A program made the position numbers and the translations under genes. The notes below the pieces were generated by a model. It did not search any database. It was not told the origin of the DNA and saw nothing but the letters and a program-made list of their open reading frames with translations. DNA of 64,000 nt, taken from the NCBI GenBank assembly GCA_964106645.2, contig OZ067038.1; one strand, 5' to 3'. Positions within the stretch are counted from its first letter, which is position 1. The number at the start of each line of letters is the position of its first letter. This stretch comes from Podarcis pityusensis (taxonomy: Eukaryota). Below, one piece after another: positions 39,978 to 51,520 of this stretch.

Positions 39978-40402
39978 TGTTGTTTAGTCGTTTAGTCGTG
40001 TCCGACTCTTCATCACCCCATGGACCAGAGCACACCAGGCACTCCTGTCTTCCACTGCCTCCCGCAGTTTGGTCAAACTCATGCTGGTAGCTTTGAGAAC
40101 ACTATCCAACCATCTCGTCCTCTGTCGTCCCCTTCTCCTTGTGCCCTCCATCTTTCCCAACACCAGGGTCTTTTCCAGGAAGTCTTCTCTTCTCATGAGG
40201 TGGCCAAAGTATTGGAGTCTCAGCTTCAGGATCTGTCCTTCCAGTGAGCACTCAGGGCTGATTTCCTTAAGAATGGATAGGTTTGATCTTCTTGCAGTCC
40301 ATGGGACTCTCAAGAGTCTCCTCCAGCACCATAATTCAAAAGCATCAATTCTTTGGCGATCAGCCTTCTTTATGGCCCAGCTCTCACTTCCATACATCAC
40401 TA
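39978..40402 (-). mobile_element. RTE-BovB LINE, 5'-truncated 3' end
   Basis: Open frame YGSESWAIKKADRQRIDAFELWCWRRLLRVPWTARRSN...RRRGRQRTRWLDSV...KSRTRLND* is the typical BovB C-terminus. (CAA)n tail and perfect 13-bp TSD ACTGAGCTAACTT. Confidence 0.95.
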
Positions 40403-42613
40403 ACTGAGCTAACTTACTCCCAGGTAAATGCATATACGATTGCAGCCAAAATTTTTCAGGTTTCAAGAGTTTTTATAAAAGCCAAAAATTAGTATCTGCT
40501 ACAGCTCTCAACCTTTTTTACACATTCATCCAACTGTTTGCTTTTAACTGATCAATTTATCTTAAACATGGTCACTGAAGATACCATTCTAACAACTCTG
40601 AATCCAAACAGATATTATCTCCAGCAGTTTGTCTTCACACTCAAAGGCTCACTTCTCCATTGTCCCCCAAGGCAGAAAGATGCCAACCACAACAAAAATG
40701 AAATAACGTATACAGTAATGTAATAACAGTATCACTTGTTAAAATGTAGTATCCTCATTTTTAAAAAATAATAAAAATAATATGAAGCAAAAATAAGAGG
40801 GTTATATGCCATACACCTTATGAAGTGGTCTCTATGCCATAATCCGTTTGTGAATCTTAATAGCGCCACAAAGCTCTTTCTCAGCATACATACTATTGTC
40901 ATGAATTATGGCTGAAACACAGCATTTTAAAACATGGGGCAGCCAATCCAAAAGAGGGCAGGACACCTGCATCCTTAACTGTTGTACATAAAAGGGAATT
41001 TCAGCAGGTGTGTCCCTTGCTGCCCTATCAAAATAGTGCTGTATAGTTCCCTAGAAATTCCCTTTACTTTTACTTTTAATTATGGATTCCTATGCATAAT
41101 GACAGTGAAGCACTTTTAGTTACATTTTGTTCTCTTGTCATCATCAAAGAGAAAATTCATGGGAAACTGTGTTTGATTTTTAAATATTGTTATTTATAAA
41201 GCAACTTTGTATTATATTCTGTGTTATGATGTGATAAATGTGACTGTAACCTATAAAGGAGCTCCTTCTTCAACAGTTCTAGCCAAATAGCAGGCTTCTG
41301 CCTGCTAAGCATCTGCTATTTTATGTAAAGGTTATGTTTTATCTACGGTCTTTGCTATGTTTTATGTATTTTAATATATTTTTTATTATTGCATTTTTAA
41401 TATTTTTATTACATAAAAAGTTTATATCTCTTTATAAAAATAAATGAAATTAATCTTGTTGGTGTACAGGACGTTGTGCTGACCATTTACACATTTAGGT
41501 AAACTTGACTATGTTTTTAATAGATTATGACTACTGCTACATTTTAAGAGTTTGAGGGGTTTTTTTGTAAAAATGATTGTCATTGCATTCTGGCTGAACA
41601 ATAAACTAAGTTCTGGGCTAGATGATTGAGTGATCTGACCTGTTTAATATTCAAGTACAAATTCTGTTTTGTTTTTTAAAAATATACGAATGAGGTACAT
41701 GATTATGGCAGATAAATTATGTAGCCTGAGGCAACATTTGAGATGAAGGGTGTTCTAGATATTCTGCAAACAAATAAATAAGCACACCACCATTATGACA
41801 ATATTAGTTTCATTTATCATGTCTTCACTGGAACTTCATAGTATTCCTCCACACACACCTTTCAGTGACTTATTTCAAATGGTGCTTTTTGCTCTTCCTT
41901 AAGTTTTGATTTGTAGTTGTAAAAAGCAGAGAAGGGCAAAGGTTTATGTTTGTTTGTGGAAGTTTCGCAATCTGCCAACGCTTTAAACATTCTCTTTTTT
42001 TCCATTACAGCTGTTCATGCTTCCTTTTGTGTTAGCATAATAAACTGGGCACTGGGCAATTCATACCTCAATTCAACCAGAGAGAAAACAGAGTGAACTG
42101 AAAGCTGTAGCCAATATGAAGAGAGCCAAGTGAACTTTTATCGACACAATCTAGCTAGCAATGGAGGAGCAGATGTGGCAGAAAAGTATGATACCACCAA
42201 AGACAGAAACTGAAAACAAGGGGACATGAGGAAGACACATCTGCTCATTCAAAGTTTTCCATACCATCCCAGGTAAACCTTTCCTGCTCTTAAAAATTGT
42301 ATCCATAGACTTAGAGGTGCTCCATAGTTACATTATACTGTGATGCTCCTGTAATAGAGGAACTGATTGTTTGAGCCACAGAAGTGCTAACACCAATCTA
42401 GCCTCTGCTCTGATCTTGCCACCCTGGCAAGACTACTGCCAGAGTGATCCCACTGTCATCATTATGGATTTGCATGCTGGGAAGCTATACCTTAACTAAG
42501 AATGAGTCAGCATAATGAATCAGAAGAGCAGGAGGAGGAAGAGTCCTGAACTTTCAGCAGCCACTGTCAGTACAGGCAACTATAGCATAGTTATCATGAA
42601 CATGACCCTAAGT

Positions 42614-42749
42614 CAGGCATAGGCAAACTCTGACCCTCCAGATGTTTGGGACTGCAATTCCCATCATCCCTAGCTAACAGGACCAGTGGTCAGGGATGAT
42701 GGGAATTGTAGTCCCAAACATCTGGAGGGTTGGAGTTTGCCTATGCCTG
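42614..42749. mobile_element. Palindromic hAT-Charlie-type MITE (URR1-like)
   Basis: TIR CAGGCATAGGCAAACTC / GAGTTTGCCTATGCCTG, ~58-bp near-perfect arms, TSD CCCTAAGT / CCCTATAT. Decayed relatives at ~3003-3110, 31302-31432 and 38630-38765. Confidence 0.85.
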
Positions 42750-42825
42750 CCCTATATGATCCATATGTCCCAGTCAGTTTTCAGACTCAGATATGCAATA
42801 TAGGGACAAGAAGCACTAGTCCACA

Positions 42826-42895
42826 TTTGTTGTTGGCATCCATCTGACTCAGGAGACAATGACGGAGTGCGCCTTCAGGGATGAAGCCAAACCAT
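42826..42895 (-). mobile_element. Short terminal fragment of the same retroposon with (CAA)n tail
   Basis: Minus strand reads GGTTTGGCTTCATCCCTGAAGGCGCACTCC...GGATGCCAACAACAA. Confidence 0.7.
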
Positions 42896-43690
42896 TGGAG
42901 AATTACAATGCCTGCTGTGACTATAGAGACAAATATGGCTGAGACATGTTTTGTTACAGCTGGGGCAGATGAAGACATCTGATTGTGCTGATGCAGTATG
43001 GCATTTATTTTCTTTCTGTGCTCCTCTCAGCTGTCATTCTTCCTCTGGGCCCTGCTGGGGTACACATTATGAAATTGCTATAAGGGTATTTAACATACTG
43101 TATTAAAAGTGGGGTTTGGGGGGGCAAGAAACATCACAAGTCCACTTAGGTCCACAGCAAACCTTTTCTGTATGTCCCATGTGCATGCCACAGGGGATGG
43201 TTATAGGTGTTTGTTAGGATAGTTATTCATTATGCATGGGTTATGAAACTGTAGTAATTAGCTTTTTAAAAAAACTTCAGAAAAGATCTTTATCATACTA
43301 AATATCAGTAATAGAAACTGACCTGTGGTTCAGCAGCAACAGTCTTCAAGCAAAAAAGAAAATCTGGAAGCTCTTTCCCACCTTCCTTTTGTTCTTTTTT
43401 TTTTTTTAACGATCTGTACTGCCATCCAGCACAGCTCTCCTACTAACCACATTCACCAAAAGTATAACACCCACTCCTATTAGCAATACCTTTGATCTTC
43501 CTGCACTGAAGGTGATTGGTGTTCCTTCCAGTTCTAAAATTCTATGATTCTCAGCTCATTAACATTATGATATTGCCTATCTATGAAAAGTTATTTACTT
43601 AACACTTTTAAAATTGATAGATTGCATTGTGGCTCTCCTGCTTTGATATGTCTTGCTAAAGCATGAGAATTGTGCACATTGCTATTTGTA

Positions 43691-43768
43691 CAGGGTGAGT
43701 CCTAAAAGAGGCCCCATGGATACAGAGTACACATGTTCCATGGGGCCTCTTTTAAAAGACTCACCCTG
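43691..43768. mobile_element. 78-bp palindromic Tc1/mariner-type MITE
   Basis: TA|CAGGGTGAGTC...GACTCACCCTG|TA, with arms extending through AAAAGAGGCCCCATGGA / TCCATGGGGCCTCTTTT. Confidence 0.8.
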
Positions 43769-43793
43769 TAGTATTAAGCATGTTCTACCCAGT

Positions 43794-44112
43794 GGGACAC
43801 AGGTGGCGCTGTGGTCTAAACCACTGAGCCTCTTGGGCTTGCTGATCAGAAGGTCAGAGGTTCGAATCCCCGCAATGGGGTGAGCTCCTGTTGCTTAGTC
43901 CCAGCTCCTGCCAACTGGTAAATGGCGTTTCCGTGTGCTGTTCTGGTTTCAGTGCTCCATTGCGCCAGAAGCGGCTTAGTCATGCTGGCCACATGACCTG
44001 GAAAAACTGTCTGCGGAGCGGACAAATGCCAGCTCCCTCGGCCTGTAAAGCAAGATGAGTGCCGCAACCCCAGAGTCGTCTGCGATTGGACTTAACTGTC
44101 AGGGGTCCTTTT
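43794..44112 (+). mobile_element. Sauria SINE (internal deletion)
   Basis: GGGACACAGGTGGCGCTGTGG head, B box GTTCGAATCC, 3' end ...CAGGGGTCCTTT. Confidence 0.9.
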
Positions 44113-45064
44113 TTTTATCCATTAAAAGTTTGTATTTTTCCTACCCAGTTCAGTGAGAGAGTGCTGTTTTTCTAGCTAATGCAAAAGTCATTCAGCAGGG
44201 GTGTCACACAAAAATCTCATTACAAACACACAAAGATCTAGCTTCTGGATTGTAGGAGCCACAACAAAATATAGTTCCTCGTATTAGCAGTAGGCTAAAG
44301 ATTGAGAAAATGCTTAACTGTTTCCCATTTCAGAGAGGAAATGACTACAGTCATATAGAATCTAGAAGATATGGCTAAAGAGAACAACACAACACATCAA
44401 AACAGGTAAGATTTATTGTGAGGATATTACTATAAAGCATCCATATCTAAGTCGATCCTGGTTACAATGAACCAAGAACACAAGACTGTTCCCTTAAAAT
44501 TCTAAATAACCTGTTTGGAATTAAACCAAACCAGGCAAATAATTCTCTATTATGCGATAGAATGATTTAATGACATGTTGGCATCAACCTTGTAATCAGC
44601 CACTGAATTATTTTTGACCCAATTAGACAAGACATACTCAGTGCACTCTTGCATGATCTTATTTCCTGAATGCAACATATAAAAATAGGTCAAGGGTTAT
44701 TGCAAGCCTTCTGGGTTTTTTTTTAGTATCACCATTACAACACACTCATTTTACATGCATACATTTGTAAGCTGTTACTTTACAACAGAATCTTTCCACC
44801 GTTGTATTTGTGCAGATGTTTGTCCTGGTCAAATAAGATTATATGAACACTGTATTCAGTTTAGCATCCAACATAACCAGAGCTGAACAGGACTAGCAGC
44901 CTCTGAAATGTACTCTGTCCTTAATAGAAGGAATATAAGGCCCCATGGATATAATTTTAGAGATCTAGCTCTAAAGCCCACAACTCATTGGGATGCCTGG
45001 AAGAAAGCCCCATATCACAGCCTCGGTTCTCCATCAGTGACTTACCTCACAGGGTTGTTATGAG

Positions 45065-45240
45065 CAGTGCTTTTTTCCTTAAAAAAAACATTTAGGGGTA
45101 CGCTCATTTTGACTCAAGAAAATCACCATTTTATAGTTCAAATCAGGAAAAATAAATACAGTAAATGAACAAAAGTACAAAGATTCACAAAATGTTTAGG
45201 GGTATGCATACCCCTGCATCCTCCCTGAAAAAAAGCACTG
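45065..45240. mobile_element. hAT MITE related to 31686-31832 (opposite orientation)
   Basis: TIR CAGTGCTTTTTT / AAAAAAGCACTG; perfect 8-bp TSD GTTATGAG; shared palindrome AGGGGTATGCATACCCCT. Confidence 0.88.
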
Positions 45241-45292
45241 GTTATGAGGATAAATGAGATTTACTCAGATTTACACCAGGCTATGAATCTAA

Positions 45293-45678
45293 GGGACACG
45301 GGCGGCGCTGTGGTCTAAACCACTGAGCCCTGGGCTTGCCGATCAAAAGGTCAGTGATTCGAATTCCTGCAACGGGGTGAGCTCCCGTTGCTCAGTCCCA
45401 GCTCCTGCCAACCTAGCAGTTCAAAAGCACACCCAAAAGTGCAAGTAGATTAATAGGTACAGCTCCGGCAGGAAGGTAAGCGGTGTTTCCATGTGTTGCT
45501 CTGGTGTCAGTGTTCTGTTGCGCCAGAAGCGGCTTAGTCATGCTGGCCACATGACCTGGAAAAACTGTCTGTGGAGCGGACAAACGCCGGCTCTCTTGGC
45601 CTGTAAAGCGAGATGAGCACCGCAACCTCAGAGTCGTTCGCGACTGGACTTAACTGTCAGGGGTCCCTTTACCTTTAC
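45293..45678 (+). mobile_element. Sauria SINE
   Basis: Full length with CCTTTACCTTTAC tail; TSD GAATCTAA. Confidence 0.92.
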
Positions 45679-47254
45679 GAATCTAAACAAACAAGTGGAG
45701 TAAACAGCATAAGGCATAGATAAACTAGAACTAGCATTATGCTGATAAATTAAGCTGAATTTTTTTCCAACAATTTTCCAGCAATACTTAAGGGGAGAGA
45801 GAGCCTTTTGGTGAAATTTTCATGTTTGGGAGCAGGGTGGCTGAGGGGTGCTTGCAAGTGTATAACTTCTCCATTGGTCTGCACTCTGAAAACCCCATAA
45901 TGTCCCCATTGGGGCTTTCTTGTAAGCACAGGGAAGTTGAGAGGCTGCTGATTGTGTGCTTGGCAACTGTTCATCTTTTTTTAAAGTGTTTTTTCCTTTT
46001 AAAGAAATCAGTGCAGAAAGATTTCTTTTTAAGCTAAAAAGGAGGACTTCCCTTAAGCAGAAGCAAGTGTGCCAGTCTCAGGGGCTCAAAAGCCAGACTG
46101 CTAGACTTCCTGTGATTCAAAGCTCAGGTAAACACATTGTCATGTATCTCATGGAAATGTCATGGAGAGGATAGCTGGACCTTGAGGAGGAATGAGAGGA
46201 GGAATGAGAGGAGCTCAGGGAGCTGCCTTTGGACAACCTTTTTGCTTGCCCAGTCCCAGGACTCTGACTGTGCCCTCCTCACTCTTCGAAAGGAAGAGGC
46301 TGGGTAGAATGCTGATTGTTGGATCAACGCATTAGCTTGCATTTAGCCATGCATCTATACCTCTTCTGCACCTGCTGCACCTGTGCATTACCTATGTACC
46401 AATATCATCCACACATTAAAGCACTGGGCAGAAACCATGCTGGGAGTCTGAGTACTTTAGTCCAGCAGTGAGGGCCAGGATAGACATCATAAAAGATTTC
46501 CCCATTGGGTTTCGTCAGATCAGGGAGCTGGCAGCACTGGAGAAATGCTTAATGCACATCACCAGCATCGCCCTTGCAACAGTTAGGTAAGCTTGACCCC
46601 ACACTCAACAACATTCTAAAGAAATTCTAAAACACACTGCAAATGAGGCAAAAAAAGAAACCCCAACCCACGAAAACTTCTTTTACAGGGGAACAATAAT
46701 CTCAAGAAACTGGAAGACAGGTTTCAGCACAACACTAGCTAGGACTGTTGCATTGCTTATTGTTTTGAGCTACTCGCTCATATGGCTGCTCATGCACCAT
46801 ATGAAGGGCGATTAAACAGCTGGTGCCTTTAAAGCCAGGCTTATATGCAACAACGTTTTTATGTGGGACTATGTCCCCTCTCTGCTATACAATGAACATA
46901 CTACAGCTCCATTAAAATAAATTGGGGCGGGGATGTTGTTTCCAGGAAGTAGATGGTAACTTGGACATAGGTCCCAATTATTTCAACATAGCTTGTTTCT
47001 ACATAATGGGTACAACCCGAAGAAATGCAAGAGTACATAAGTTGTACTGAAACCAGTGGAGCTAAATTACAGTTAAGTTTCCTTCAATAATTAGTACTGG
47101 ATAGTGAACCATAAGAATGATAAGGAATGTAAGCTATGCACACTTCATGGGTCTCAGAATTTTTTTATCTATGTCCCTTTATTAGTGTTTCTTAACAAAT
47201 ATTTTTGATGCAGTTTTAGCAAGCTTGACAAAAATAAATAAACAAAGCTTTGTT

Positions 47255-47430
47255 GAGCTGAAATGTTTCACATGCATTATCTCAAGAATCCTTAAAACTG
47301 CCATGTGAGGTAGGCCAATAATATTGTTACCATGCAGATGGGGATGTGGTGACTGAGGCTGAGAGAACAGTGGCTTTCCTAAGGCCACCTAATGAGTCCA
47401 TAGCTGAGGCAATATTTGAACCAGGGCTTC
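47255..47430 (-). mobile_element. Old MIR/CORE-like SINE remnant
   Basis: ATCCT...TGTGAGGTAGG...CAGATGGGG...ACTGAGGCTGAGAG...CCTAAGGCCACC...TTTGAACC pattern; similar remnants at ~7740-7950 and ~30290-30470. Confidence 0.55.
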
Positions 47431-47846
47431 ACAGCTCCCATTTGATTTATTTATTTATTTTATGAATCACAAATGGCACTGAGGAAGGGATCTTTATATC
47501 TCACACACATGCTGGGCTGCTTCTCTTGCCTAAATCAACCCTCCCCCAAAAGCTAAAGTGTTGTAACCAATGTTTCACCAGCAGGGTTTAACCAGTGCAA
47601 CAGGACTTCCATTTCCTCTCTCCCCCTGCAGGCCTCCTGTTCTGTTCCACCAGGTCCTCCTACCTTGCAGAGCTGATTTTTGGGTGTGGAGGGGACTGGA
47701 TGGGACAGTAAAGGAAGAGGAAGACCTAAGACTCACATGAACTGGATATAGCAGAATGGGGAACTAATAGCCGCAGAGAGGATGGGCTAGATGAAGGAAA
47801 CCCAGTGCCACTGTTCAAATAATATTTAAAGCGCCCTACATTGATT

Positions 47847-47848
<2 letters not shown>

Positions 47849-47906
<58 letters not shown>
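47849..47906. repeat. Compound (GT)n(GA)n microsatellite
   Basis: Read directly. Confidence 0.95.
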
Positions 47907-47910
<4 letters not shown>

Positions 47911-48205
47911 GATCTGATTACTAATCTGATGTGTAACATGTGGTTTGGTCCTTAAATTACAATGTCACACCTAACTTTCATAAATGAAACAACTCTTTAG
48001 GTCTGTAGATGTAACAAAAGGTTAAAGTCATCTGTCACATTTATTGGGAAACAGATTTCATTTAATAATATGAGACATGTTTGTAAACAATGCTTAAAGC
48101 AGCACAAATAAGCAAACCTATAAGACTTCTGCTTAGCCTGCTACTGATTTTAAATTTACTTTAGCTGGTCATTCACAAAGCTATGAACTCAAAAAAAGGT
48201 AAAAT

Positions 48206-48240
48206 GGGGACGTGGGTGTCACTGTGGTCTAAACCACTGA
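48206..48240 (+). mobile_element. Sauria SINE 5' head fragment
   Basis: GGGGACGTGGGTGTCACTGTGGTCTAAACCACTGA matches the head of the 43794 and 45293 copies. Confidence 0.7.
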
Positions 48241-48610
48241 CCTCAAGCACAATCTCAACGGCATTTTTTTTCATGTCCTACAGACCAGCCAAACTGCACT
48301 ACTACAGATAAACAAAAGCCATATTGTTTATACACAGACACACAAAAAACAGAGAAAGAATAAATATACATTTCCCCGCACAACTTTACTTTATAATATT
48401 TATGTTCCCATTAGCAAAAATTTAATCAGACTCTTTAAACAGTTGAAGGAGGTTTTGTTCTTTAGCCAGGGAGGAACTTGCTCACAGTGAGGTTAGGTGT
48501 TTATCAAGAACACTTTTGGAGTTTCATGTGGGCTTCTGATGAGAGCTGTCTGGAGCCATGTGGGTCTCGCACTGATTCATCAAAAGCATGCAAGAGAGAT
48601 GAGAGGAGTG

Positions 48611-48858
48611 GAGTCATAGCTCAGTAGTACAGCATATGCTTTGTAAGCAGAAGTGCCAAAGTCCAATGCCTAACATCCCTAGTTAAAGGGATTAGGTAGC
48701 AGGTGATATGAAAGACCCTGGATAGCCGCTACCAGCCAGTGTAGGCAATACTGGCATTGCAGGGCATTGGACTAGATGACCCTTGGGATACCTTCCAACT
48801 CTACAATTCTAAGATTCTGTGAAATAGTCTGACCTGGTATGCAGCTGCTTCCCATGTG
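48611..48858 (+). mobile_element. Squam3-like SINE containing an inserted CR1-tail SINE 3' end (~48755-48820)
   Basis: CATAGCTCAGTAGTACAGCATATGCTTTG head; the body is interrupted by GGACTAGATGACCCTTGGGATACCTTCCAACTCTACAATTCTAAGATTCT. Confidence 0.7.
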
Positions 48859-49295
48859 CTCAGCATCAGTGATGGTGAAAATGGAGAACCTGATTTAACA
48901 CATTACTTTTGGTCTTCCTGTTTTTGCTTCCAAAACATCCAGCTATGAACCTACAATGCAAGAAGCTCCAATTTGGACAATCCATCACTTGGAACATCCC
49001 AGTAAATGCATTTAAAACAAGTGGGACCTGAAACAAAATGTTGCAGCGCTGAATACTCTTTGCACAAGTTGCCAAGCAGCCAGCCACACCATCTGTTAAG
49101 ATATGCCATTCCATTTCCACTCCCCTACCCAATCCCAGTTTCCCACATTTTGTGCACACCGAGGAAACTCCAAGCTCATTTGGCTGTTTTGAAGTTTTCC
49201 CTGAGTTAACTTTCAGAATAAAGGTTAGTTGTGCATTAGAGCCACTATCTGGAGATAAATTGCTCCTCCAAGCTTTTTGACTATGATATTGTAAA

Positions 49296-50119
49296 CCCTA
49301 CAAGGAAAGACAGCTGCAGCAGATTGAGCAGATGAGACCACTAATGGGTCCAATGATCAAGAAGGCAGTTTCAGCATGTGCTGTAGAGGGAAATGAGGGG
49401 CAGGTGGCAGCGGTGGAGGAAGTCTCTCTGGCACCTGTGGCGAACCACCCATAGGGGCGGAGCGAACTTCCCCATAGGGACCGGGGGGGGCGCAGCACCC
49501 CTAGGGACAGGGCGCACCATGTGGCCTCAGCCACCCTACAGCTGGGGGGGGAGGCAGCAGGCGGATAGAGTGGAACCTGCGGGTGCCCAAGACGTGTGGC
49601 TTGGGCATGCTGCAGGCCCAGAAGTGAGTGCTGCCCACCATTTTGTCACCCACCTCTGTGGGGACACCCGGGGCGGACCACACCTACCGCACCCCTCTTG
49701 CTACGCCCCTGGCAGGTGGGTCTCATCAACCTGGGAAGGTAGCCCGTCTAGGAGAAGAAAAACTGATCCTAAACCTCTGTTACCTTTCAGGATATCTTTG
49801 GCAGAAAAGGGGCTTAGGAATAAACCCTACACAAATCCAGAGTGGAGTCCCTACAATGGTTGGATGGCACCTTGTAAGCCTCCTTCCAGAAACTCCTGCA
49901 GGCAAGCTGGTACCAAACGTATTGTTCTGCTTTCCTTTGGACCACATCAGTGAAGCCGGGGGGGGCGTGTCTTGTCATCTGCGCAACCCAGGACCTTTGT
50001 ACATACTGCTCAGGCTCGTACTCTGAGGAGGTCACTTTGGTGCTACTAACACAGCAGTTTGACTTCATCCCCAGCTTGGAGGCACACTCCATTGTCTCTC
50101 GAGACAGACGGATGCCAAC
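49296..50119 (+). mobile_element. Unclassified non-coding retroposon (SINE-like), interrupted by a hAT MITE
   Basis: Homologous to 25665-26210 and 42826-42895; all share the terminus ...TGTCTCTCGAGACAGACGGATGCCAAC. The 5' boundary rests on one copy and is uncertain. Confidence 0.65.
49408..49711. mobile_element. hAT (Tip100-like) MITE
   Basis: Imperfect TIRs CAGCGGTGGAGG / GCTACGCCCCTG; perfect 8-bp TSD GCAGGTGG. Confidence 0.8.
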
Positions 50120-50835
50120 TAAAGTTCCCAATCTTCCCCCATCCTCATGACGAATTAAAAATTGCTGAAAGTCTTGATGGACCACTTAATTATTTTTCTG
50201 CCTGTTTTAGCAATTTCAATGCACTGTTTTAGATTCTGTATGATTTTAACTGTATGTTTACAGAAATGCCGATGACTACCTGAATGAAGCTTGTGGACCA
50301 CTGGAGGTCTACGGACCATGGTTTAGGAACCTCTGTTGTAAATCTTTCTTATTTCCAGTCATTTGCAGTGGTATGGAGAGAAAAAAGCACCAGAGTCATA
50401 TGGTGAGCCATTAGTAAGTTAACACAACTTTTAAGTGGCAGTTAGGATATTTGGATTCTACCCCCCCCCCCCAAAAAAGCCCTAAGGTAAGAGTACCTTA
50501 GGTTAAGAAATTCCATTCACTACTTTCTTAAAAATACATTCTGTTCTTTTTTTCATTTCCAAGAATGCATCTTGAAAAGTAGCTCTGATTAGACAAGCAC
50601 GACTAATCTACATTTTGAAGCTATTAAGCACAGTATATTGTATTGATTGGTATTTTTGGTGGTTTTTTAATTTTGCAAGCCATGATTCAGGAAAGTGAGT
50701 GTTATTTTAAGCACACCAACATCAGGCAATAAGTCATTTGCATCAACTCCAAGAGGAATGTCAAAGGCAGCTAATGCCATGTTGTGTTACAGTATGCCTT
50801 CATATTTTTGGCTCAATTTGGCTATAATTTGTGTA

Positions 50836-51077
50836 CAGTGGTACTTCGGGTTAAGTACTTAATTCGTTCCGGAGGTCCGTTCTTAACCTGAAACTGTTCT
50901 TAACCTGAGGCACCACTTTAGCAAATGGGGCTTCCTGCTGCCGGCGTGCCGCCGGAGCACGATTTTTGTTCTTATCCTGAAGCAAAGTTCTTAACCTGAA
51001 GCACTATTTCTGGGTTAGCAGAGTCTGTAACCTGAAGCGTATGTAACCTGAAGCGTATGTAACCCGAGGTACCACTG
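50836..51077 (-). mobile_element. Tigger-like MITE, family A
   Basis: Reverse complement of the 14357 copy, both TIRs, TA TSD. Confidence 0.9.
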
Positions 51078-51392
51078 TATCAAGAATAATGCCCTTTCAC
51101 AGCATGCCTATGAAACTAAATGTGCTCAACACTTTCACTCCTAGCAAATTATAAGACAACCTGTAAGCAACAAAAAATTGGAAACCTGCAATGCAGGAGG
51201 AGGATTTGGAGTGGATAAATGGTGAGTAAAGAAAGTGTTGATCACTCCACTCCAAATCCCCCTCCTATTTTGCAGGTTTCCAAACTTCTTTTTGCCTTTC
51301 CAAATGTGCATTTTGGAGGCTCAAGGGGAGAAAAGTGATGGGGAGAGGTACAATCTAGAGTAGAGGAATGACCAGTGCAGAAAAGTTTCAAC

Positions 51393-51520
51393 GTAGCTCA
51401 ATTGGCAGAGCAGGAGACTTAATCTCAGTCATGCTGGGCAAAAAGATTCCTGCATTGTGACAGCTTGGACTAGATGACCCTCGTGGTCCCTTTCAACTCT
51501 ACAACTCTATGATGATTCTA
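51393..51520 (+). mobile_element. tRNA-Lys-derived SINE with CR1-type tail
   Basis: Homologous to 36919-37060, with a deletion in the head. Confidence 0.72.
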
